A stretch of DNA of 64,000 bases from Oikopleura dioica (Eukaryota; Animalia; Chordata), in contig OU015568.1 in the NCBI GenBank assembly GCA_907165135.1, positions 9,548,001 to 9,612,000 on the forward strand, read 5' to 3'. Under the pieces are notes generated by a model, which saw only the letters and a list, made by a program, of their open reading frames with translations, did not search any database and had not been told where the DNA came from. The position numbers and the translations under genes are program-made. Positions 54,638-64,000 of the stretch are shown here, one piece after another; within the stretch, counting starts at the first letter, position 1; each line of letters begins with the position of its first letter.

Positions 54638-57207
54638 ATGAGAAAATTCAATCCTGCAAAAAAATACGCTTCAGTATTTTCTGATTCCAGAATGCTTCGG
54701 TCAAATGCACCTTCTGTTTTGAATCGAAAACGAAATGATGAACCGCCGAGTGAAAGTTCTGTCTCCAACAGGACGAAGAAAAGACGAGTTGACTACCGCG
54801 AAATGGACGAAAACGAGGAAAACGAAGGGCTAGATGATGTCGTCAAGGATTATAACGAAGAGTTGAAAAGCGCTGGCGTCTCGGGATTCCACGAAATCAA
54901 GACGAACAAAAGCATCAGGGACGTGCACGAAGAATTCATCAAAAGTTGCCTTTCTCGTCCTTTCAAAATGGTGATCGCCGGCTACTACTTCAGTGGGAAA
55001 CCGTTGGGCGCACGAGCTGGCGGCATTCGAAGGCCACTTTACGACCCTGAAGACCCGCATGCGCTCATTTTCTACGCACCGCCGACTTTGACTGAAACAG
55101 AGAAGCTCAAGGTCGACCTGAGCAAATATCCCGTTCATGTGCTCCTTGACCCATTATTATCACGCGTTCTCAGACCTCATCAACGCGCGGGAGTCAAGTT
55201 TTTGTACGATTGCGTCACTGGAAAAGCCATTGAGGGATTTAATGGGTGCATAATGGCCGATGATATGGGACTTGGAAAGACTCTTCAGGTATGTTTTATT
55301 CAATAATTTTAAATGGACTCCTCTTATTGTGACGGTTATGAGATCTAATCCCAACAAAAACATCGATTGTTTTTCTAGTGCGTCTCATTAATTTGGACTT
55401 TGGTGCGGCAAGGGCCCGACTGCAAACCAATTGCTCCTCTCGCAATCGTTGTTTCCCCCAGTTCGCTTGTCAAAAATTGGCAAAATGAGTTCAAGAAATG
55501 GCTTGGCGAACGCGTCAATACAGTCGCCATCGACGGTGGCGGGAAAAAGGATATCGACAAAAAACTCGAAGCTTTCTGTTCTCAGCAAGTTCTCGGCCGA
55601 GTTCATACGCCAGTCATGTTCATTTCCTACGAGACATTTCGTCTCCACGCCAAAGTGATCAACAAGCGCCCAATCGGGCTGTTAATTTGCGACGAAGGGC
55701 ATCGCCTAAAGAATCCAGAGAGTCAAACTTACCTCGCCCTCGATCAGTTGGACTGCCAGCGTCGCGTTCTTCTCTCCGGAACGCCGATTCAAAATGATTT
55801 GCTCGAGTACTACTCTCTTGTTCACTTTGTGAATAGAAATCTTCTTGGGACTTCTGCTGAGTTTAGAAAACAATACGAAAATCCAATTTTAAAGTCTCGA
55901 GATGCCGATTGCACCGACAAGGAGAAGGAAAAAGGTCAACAGAAGATCAAACAGCTGCTAGAAGTGGTGAATAGATGCATGATAAGAAGAACGAATGATA
56001 TATTGTCGAAATATCTCCCGCCGAAAGTGGAGATGGTCATTACGATTCCTCTCATTGGGGGCCAAAAAGAAAGTTACATCAAATTTGTCAAGGAGAAAAA
56101 GAGGCTTTTAGATACTGAAGGAATAGGGTGGATTTTTTTAGTTTTTTCTATTGGCTGCGACACAGCCGCAAGAGTCATTTTTCCGCACCCTAGACACAGG
56201 AATGCAAGGCCCATCATCGTTACAGGCAATTACTGCGTTGAAAAAGCTCTGTAATCATCCTGCTCTCGTTTACCCACTCATCAATAATCCAGAATACAAA
56301 TTCTTGCAGCCATACTACAAAGATTATGATCCAGCTAAATTCGATCCAACTCTTTCCGGAAAGTTTCTTCTCCTCGATTTGATTTTGGCGGTGACCAAAA
56401 TGCACACTGATGATAAATTCGTCCTCGTTTCGAATTATACCCAGACTTTGGATACTTGTCAAGAGCTTTGTAAGCTGCGAGGATATGGTTATGTAAGGCT
56501 GGATGGAACCATGGCAATAAAAAAGCGTTCCAAGCTAGTTGCTGAGTTTAATTCTCCCGAGAGCAGCGACTACGTGTTCATGCTAAGTTCAAAAGCAGGC
56601 GGTTGCGGGTTGAATCTCATCGGCGCCAATAGATTGATTATGTTTGATCCTGACTGGAACCCGGCAAACGACGATCAAGCGATGGCCCGTGTCTGGCGAG
56701 ATGGTCAGAAAAAGAGATGTTTTATTTATCGACTTGTTGCGGCGGGAACGATTGAAGAGAAAATGCTACAACGACAATTGCATAAAAAGGCTCTATCGGG
56801 AGTCGTTGTTGATGCACAGGTGAGAGATTACTAAGTCGAAGTGACTCCTCTATGTCTTCAGGAAGCGGACGATGCGAGGCGATTCTCTTCGACGGATATG
56901 AAGGAAATCTTCAGCTATAAAGAGACCACATCTTCGATTCACGAGTCTCTCAAATGTAAAAGATGCCAGGGCGGAACAGAACGAAAGCCGCCACCGAAAA
57001 AGGGATCTGGTGATAGTTCCGATTTGGGCACTTGGAGTCATGCAACTCAGCGTAAGAGAAATATTCTTAGACAATGTAAATGACTTTCATTTTCTAATAG
57101 CACGATTCTGTCCAGACTTAGTGCTGAAGAAATCTTGGGAGCGTCAGAAAGAAATCGTTTCTTTTCTATTTCACCAACAGAGCCACGAACAAGTTGTTCA
57201 AAAATAA
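54638..57207 (+). CDS. RAD54L: RAD54 SNF2-family DNA translocase
   Basis: [81 protein letters not shown]. Confidence 0.95.
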
Positions 57208-57380
57208 TATTTTGAAAACCTCTTTTTCTTTTCACTTACATTTTTCTGACTTCACATCATTCCTGCAGAAATAAATTAAAACTTGCCTCAGAATTTCAGA
57301 CCTGAATAATCTTCAAACTATTTTTAGATCCAAGCTAGAATTAGGGGGTTTAAATGGTTACGGCTGTTCCGAAAAGCTAA

Positions 57381-58958
57381 ATGTGGAACTGGACATGGTG
57401 GCCGCTCATTTTCACGATTCTAGGATGCTTTCTTCTCAACATTTTAATTGACAAACAGCATAAATTAGTCACCTCGCTCACACATCTTCAAGAGGCCCTT
57501 TCTCATGTCCATTATGAACAGGCAAAAGTACAATTATACCCCCTCTTTCTTTGCTTCACTTTCTTTTAAGACCTCTTTGGTGCACTTTCACGTGGAAAAG
57601 TCCAACCGCGATCTACGCCGAGCAATGACCCAACAATTCGAGTACATGCGCGATTTGACCATGTCCTCCCGCAGCCGTTTCATTCGTCTCAAAGGTCTTG
57701 CCGAAGAGGTGAACGAAACGAATATCGTCCTCGAGGAGCGGTTGATTGAACTCTTTCAATACCTCGGCGAGGATCTGATCAAAGGAGATATTGAAAGAGT
57801 CAATCGAATTGGCAAGAAAAAGGACGGATTCAATCGGGTTGTTATGGCGGAGCTGCATTCGCATGCGACAAAGCAACGACTTTTACGAAGAGCTGTCAAG
57901 TTGAGAAACACGCAGTACGCCATTCAAGGTAAAACCATAACCAAACCTTTTTTTTCATTCAATTTTCTCTTGTAGATGATCTGACGAATGTGAAGCTCCA
58001 CAACGTGATTGAGCCCCCGCACGACCACGAGGATCATCCACACGAGTGCGGGCTCTTAAATTTCGTCTCGGCTCCTGAGGACTTCGGAAAGTCACTGAAA
58101 CACTACGGCGCATGGTTCGGCGATCCACTTTCTGAGGAAGAGACTGTCTGGACGATGCCCAATTTTTACAAAACGAAAGAGTTTCAAGAGTACGCCTCGT
58201 TATCCGATTTGATTGCTCACCGCAGTTCACGGGCTTACAAGCTCAAATATCCGTGGGCAGGGACCGGACACATCGCTTACAACAACTCCATTTATTTCAA
58301 CAAATTCAACTCTTCCACCATGGTCAAGTACGATCTCAAAACAGACGATTATTTGGAAGCAGATTTGCCAGATGCGCTTTTTGCTAATTTTGGGCCGTAT
58401 CAAGTCAGTGCTTATACTGATTTTGACTTCGCTGCTGATGAAGAGGGATTGTGGGTGATCCATTCGACGCACCAAAATACCCTTGGTAAGTGCGCGGATG
58501 AGCCACGTCTTGAAACTACTACTAGTAGATTCTAAGACAGCCGAAAAATTTGAAATTATCCTTGTTGTCTCCCAATCATGACTGTTTTTCTAGACATTGT
58601 TGTTACCAAGCTTACTCATGACCTGCACATCGTTCAATCTTTCCGAACGAACTGGCGAAAGCAGTGGTCGGGCAACGCGTTTATGGCATGTGGCGTCCTC
58701 TACGTCCTGAAAAAGTACGATCAAAAGAACACGATCATAAACTTCGCGTACGACACCCATTCAAAACAGTATCGCCATTTGCAAATACCCTTCGAAATTC
58801 GTTACGGCGCCATGACTAGTTTGAGCTACAATCACAAAGAGAAACGACTCTACGGCTGGGACAATCAGCACTTGGTTGCCTATGATCTCGAGTTTTTCTC
58901 TTCTACTGCTGTTGATACCTGGATGCACCTCAATCAGCCGGGTGCACTGGACTTGTAG
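57381..58958 (+). CDS. Four-exon protein: N-terminal hydrophobic anchor/signal, helical stalk, LINE-ORF1p-like RRM, olfactomedin domain
   Basis: Exons 57381-57521 (GC donor), 57571-57928, 57976-58485 and 58594-58958 join in frame. OLF motifs are WAGTGHIAYN, DFDFAADEEGLWVI, NAFMACGVLY and LSYNHKEKRLYGWDN. Confidence 0.85.
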
Positions 58959-59295
58959 ATTCTTTAATATTTTCTTGCTTCTTGAATTGTATAGAACTCG
59001 TTTTGTCTTCCTCTTCCATTTTCGATCATTGTATTTATGAAACATTTTCTATATAATCCAAGCTCCAATTTTAGTATATTCAATCCACTTTTACCTGCTC
59101 CATTCGTATATAACTTCTATTTTCTGTTTCGCTCAGTATAAAATTTCTGTAACTAATTCTATAATACGAAGCCCTACGCGCTCCTTGTGGCGATGAGCGC
59201 TAGAAGTCGGCTATCGATATCATTTTTTTCTGTAAAGGATTTCTTATTTAGTAAAATTAAAATTGCAAAAGTATGAGTAATTTTTTTCAGAAATA

Positions 59296-62200
59296 ATGCC
59301 GAGAGCAGGTGCGTCTCGGCCGCATCTCTCGAGCCAGTCTGATGAAGAGGCAAACGGACCGGAGGTTGTTGTCCGTCCATCTCCTGCTAGACCAAGGCGA
59401 TCGAAGAATGATACGCTAAAAATCAGGCCAAGGTCTTTCATGGACGTCGACGAAGGTACAAATAAGCTTTTGAAAAGGCCGTGTTTTCATCCTTTTTAGA
59501 CCCTCTTCCTCGTTTTATTTGGGAGGCTTTCAAAAAGATAGAAGATCCTAATACCCAGAGCGATACTCAGCGAGACATTCTTGTAAATAAATACAAAAGG
59601 TGAGCAATTTTCGAAATCAAGGAAGAGAGCCTCAATTTTCCCTCAATTTTAGCATCAGCCTCGCGAATCGCCAGAAGTTCATCGAATGCGTGCTGCACAA
59701 TCTCAAAATCGTCCTCGCGTTTTTGAGCGAGAACGAAAAAGGAAATAAAAAGGAATCGGATTATTACACAAACTAGCTCTGTCTGTGTCATGAGCTTGGC
59801 CAAATATTTGATTGAAAAAAACCCTATTGTTGTAAAAGGCCACTCGAGCCCAGGGCCGTAGCCCCTACTTTCTGCAAATATTATTCTTAACTTTTGCGAA
59901 TAACAAGAGAAATGGAAAATTATACGAAGGAGCAAATTGTTGGAAGAGGCGCCTATGGAACTGTTTTTCTTTGCAGGCGAAAAGATGGTGGTCCAAACGC
60001 TCAGACATGCATTCTCAAAGAAATTCCAATGGAAACGATGAGCCAGGAAGAACGCGAATCAGCTAGAAATGAAGTAGAAATTCTAAAAGTTCTCAATCAT
60101 CCGAATATCGTGCGCTACATCGATTCGGAGTTCCAGTCCCGCGCCATCGTCATTGTCATGGAATACGTCACTGGCGGAACCTTGTTCGACTTTATTCAAC
60201 GAAGAAAAGACGACTATATCCCAGAAGAAAAAATAATCAGCCTCTTCGTGCAAATCACCGTCGCATTGAGCCACATTCATTCAAAAAATATTCTTCACAG
60301 AGATCTGAAAACGCAAAATTTACTTATTGATAGACACCACCAAGTCGTCAAGATTTCTGACTTTGGCATTTCGAAAGTTTTGAATTCAAAGGTGAACTCT
60401 TTCTTCCCACTTCTTTTATCTAGCTAATACTGTAGTCGAAAGCGCTCACTGTCGTTGGAACACCATGTTACATCTCCCCAGAGGTCTGCGACAAGAGTCC
60501 CTATAATCAAAAGTCCGATATTTGGGCGCTTGGATGCATTTTATACGAGCTGTGCATGCTGAAAAGGGCGTTCGAAGCTGCCTCTCTTCCTGCGCTTGTG
60601 ATGAAGATCATGAGAGCAAACTACGATCCCCGCCACCGATTTACTCAGAAAACCTCCGACGAATCATTTCAAAGTGCCTCTCCTTGGAACCTCATCGTCG
60701 GCCAACGACAAGTCAGCTTCTTTGCGAACCGATTCTTTTCTCATCCATGCTTCCGCTTTACGCGAGCATTGGTGCGTACGTTCCATCTTCCAACAAGCGA
60801 AAAGTAAAGAACAGCAGCGCCCAGTCAAATCCAATCAAATCTCATCTACGTTCGAGTAAGGTGTTTCTCTGGGGCGATGGGCACCTGACCCCAAGAGAGT
60901 TACCAGTGCCGAATGATGTTGGAGTTGTGAACAATGTTCTGATCAGTGGTGGTGTTAGGGTTGGAACGACAGATCAGGTTCTTTGTCAGATTATAATGTT
61001 GAAGTTATTTTCAAAATAAGGACATCGTTCTCGCCTGGGATGCTTCAGTCTCGGCTAACGGCCTGGCTCAATACGAGCCAAGGCGAATCGGCAAGTCCAA
61101 ATTTCGAGATGTGGCAGCGGGTCAAGGGTTTCTCGCCGCCATTACTGATCGAGGAGTTCTCGTCGTAGCAAAGGCACCTGATTTTGACCCTCAAATTGTC
61201 GAGTCATTCCTGGGTATGGACTGTACTCAAGTTGCTGCCGGTCCAAGACATGTTATCGCTCTCACTGCGGAGGGCGAAGTATGGTGTGTTTTCAATGATA
61301 AGCTGACGGACATAACAACAGGTGAGAACAACCGAAAGTGCTTCTTTTGTTAAAGTCGTATAGTCAAGCGATTAAAGCCCGAGCTTTGCCCGCTAAACAA
61401 AAACCAAAATACCCCCGCTCAGAAAATTTTTTGTGGCCCTGGTGCATCCGCCGCTATCACTGAAACGGGCCGATTGTATGTCCGAGGACGGAATGTCGAA
61501 AACCGGCTCATGCTTGACAGGCCTTCTTCGATGGTCAATTCTGCTGACTCTTTTACAGAAGTGAAGCTTGATTTCCCTGTCAAATCGATCACCATTGGCG
61601 AAAATCATTCGGCAGTGATTTCGAATTTCGGAAATCTTTACCTTGTCGGAAGTAACAAGCATGGAGCATTAGGAGATTCGTTTTCCAGTTCCCGTTCAGT
61701 CGTGCTGAGAGAACTAGCTTGCCCGGTTAGCCAAGTTGCCGTGGGAATAGGTACATCACGATCCGTTTTCAAAAATTAGCTTCCAATATAGCGTATACTT
61801 GTGCGCTGTGCCAAGACGGGACAATTTGGACATGGGGTCGGGCGATTCGCGGACAACTCGGGCGCAACCCAGAGCCAGCTGACTCTCCCCGCCGCGTGGA
61901 TATTGACAATGCGATTTCTGTCTCTTCGAGTGACGGAATCACTCTTGTTGCTGTTAAATCATAGTTTTTATCAACTTTCAATAAATGCAATGACCTTCCA
62001 TTTTTTATTGATTTTTTTTATAATCCGACGAGAAGACAAAAAATGAGCACGATCATATTTTGAAATTCTTTGTTCGCCTTTGCATCGAAATCACAGAAGT
62101 TGACATGGATGCGCGAAATGATCTTGAGGACCAAGAGAACGACCCTGAATTGAATGGAGACTCGTACGCCATTGAGATTGTCTTGGAGACGCTTGCTTCA

Positions 62201-64000
62201 ATGATGGTCGTCAGATCCGCTGTTATCAGATCCCGCTCTTGTGAGCTTACTGGTCTGCTTCTCACTGAGATCCCACAAGAATACGAGCTCACTCTTCCTG
62301 TAAGTAAAGTAGCAGTCTTCCTCGTTTTCAATCGTTTCGCTGATTCGCTGATTCATTTTTAGCTGATTACAAATTTGACTGAATCGCTGATAGTCCGTGC
62401 TAACGATACGAGTTCTCATGTCCGTCTTCTCGCCCTGGACGCCATGACCAGACTTCAAAATTTCAGAGATCGCGACTGTAAAGTAATGGCGCAGTACTTG
62501 AAATCCATGCGATCAGAGCCAGTTGCGGAGAATCGCGCAATGGCTGTCAAGCGATGCTCGTTGAATAAAGAGACGTTGTTGGATACAATTGATAGATGTC
62601 TCGATGTAGACGTGAATGTTCGAGCGGAAGCGTTGAAAAGATCGCTGGAAAAGTGAAACACCATGTATTGACCCCCGCACAAGTTCTTTCGCTCCTCAAG
62701 CACGGACTTGAAGATGAAGAACAAGTTCGCCAAATTGTTGTATCTAGCCTTCTCCCTTCCTGGCTGGCACACATCAGAAAGAACGGCACTAAAAATGAAA
62801 AAGGCAATTTAATCGACCTCGTCATCACCCTCGACCCATCATCGACTGACGCGAACTCATTGGAAACCGCTCGAGAGACGATTGAAGTAGTTTTCGATCA
62901 ATGGTCGAATCTAGAGGACTTGATTCAACATTATTGCAAGGCGTCGGAGAGGTTGGTTACTTCTTCCATGCTGCCGAATGTCGACGGTGAGGGAGTTTTG
63001 GGCACAGCTGTAGCATTTACTTGGTATCATCTTATCCAGAGAGCAGTAAAATTAGGCGATGCCGAACAATACATGCCACAGGTATAGTTAGCAGCTCTGT
63101 CCGTTGTTACATAATATCTTAGTTTCCTGAGTATTGCGATCTAATTGAAGAACGCGCCGGAAAGATCATTTACATACGCGAGCAGCTAGAAGCTTTGATG
63201 TCCGAGAGTTCACAAGATTACACCGAAAATCCAGATTACTCTGACTTGCATGTCCAGCTAGAAGATCATCTGTTTGAGCTTAAATGGCTTATCAAAGCTG
63301 TGTCTTTTTTCGAAATCAGTCTTGATCCTATGAATCGTGAGAAGCTCAAAAGCCTGGTAACTTACATCGTCCTTCAGATGTCACCAGATGATCTGCAGGT
63401 ATGCAAAAGCTTATTTACTGTAACAGTTATTAAACTGTTTTTTCAGGCATTTTCTGAGAGTTTGGCGATTCTCGTGACAGAAGTAGCAAAAGCCGAGAAA
63501 CGGAAACGAAATGATATCGTGAAAGAGCTCGTCGAAGAGCTCCGAGAGCAGGGATCTGCACAGACCCAAGCAGCAACCAACGATGAAAGTCAGCCTTCGA
63601 GCACGCAAATAACTGAGGAACAGCTAGAAGAATTGAGAAACGAAATCGCAGATGTACAAATGAAGATCCACCAACTGCAGAGCGCACAACAAGATGCAAT
63701 TGAAGAGAAAAACTTTGCAGAAGCAAGTCGATTGGAGGAAGAAATGAAGCCATTCAAGGCGGACTTAGATGAGCTCAAAATTAGAAAGAATCAGACTAAA
63801 CGGCTTCCATCGACCATCAATGAGACAGCGGAAAATGAGGAGCATCGATTTACATACAGTTCTGCTACAAAGGTTATTATTTTGTTCTTTTACGCATTCC
63901 GTTAGGATTATTTAGGCTCTCATCGTACTAAACGGGCATATGTCGCGTTTGAAAAAGCTCGAACTTGGGCTTGATCAGTTCGTTAAAATTCTTGTCGTTC
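59296..64000 (+). CDS. NCAPG: Condensin I subunit G; runs off the window, hosts NEK8 in an intron, and has an apparent 1-nt frameshift at 62636-39
   Basis: 5' exons IWEAFKKIE...[14 protein letters not shown] (59500-59740) continue at about 62033 with [11 protein letters not shown]...[14 protein letters not shown]...[11 protein letters not shown]...LKHGLED..SWL, matching recalled NCAPG HEAT repeats. Confidence 0.8.
59912..61964 (+). CDS. NEK8: NIMA-related kinase 8 (kinase + RCC1-like repeats)
   Basis: [63 protein letters not shown], followed by RCC1-type repeats. Confidence 0.93.

Overview
Gene-dense, AT-rich eukaryotic DNA with about 40-60 nt introns, some non-GT donors and operon-like same-strand gene runs. 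This best fits the appendicularian tunicate Oikopleura (inference; no search run). Recognisable genes: a polyQ/His C2H2-like protein, enolase, GBE1, poly(A) polymerase, Vang-like, a RING protein, two tandem cold-shock-domain paralogues, a doublecortin-domain protein, myosin ID, DNLZ, TCEANC2, HELQ, MGST1, TIPRL, RAD54L, an olfactomedin protein, and NEK8 nested in NCAPG. Mobile DNA: a recent Penelope-like element with a 12-bp TSD and three minimal hammerhead ribozymes, a 4.4-kb foldback element carrying a BLTP1/KIAA1109 fragment, and several MITE/hAT-like elements. Two MITEs sit inside coding exons and look spliceable (introner-like). The most novel-looking item is a spliced gene that fuses a LINE-ORF1p-like RRM domain to an olfactomedin propeller. 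Several 1-nt homopolymer frameshifts are probably assembly errors. All family assignments are from recalled motifs, not database searches.
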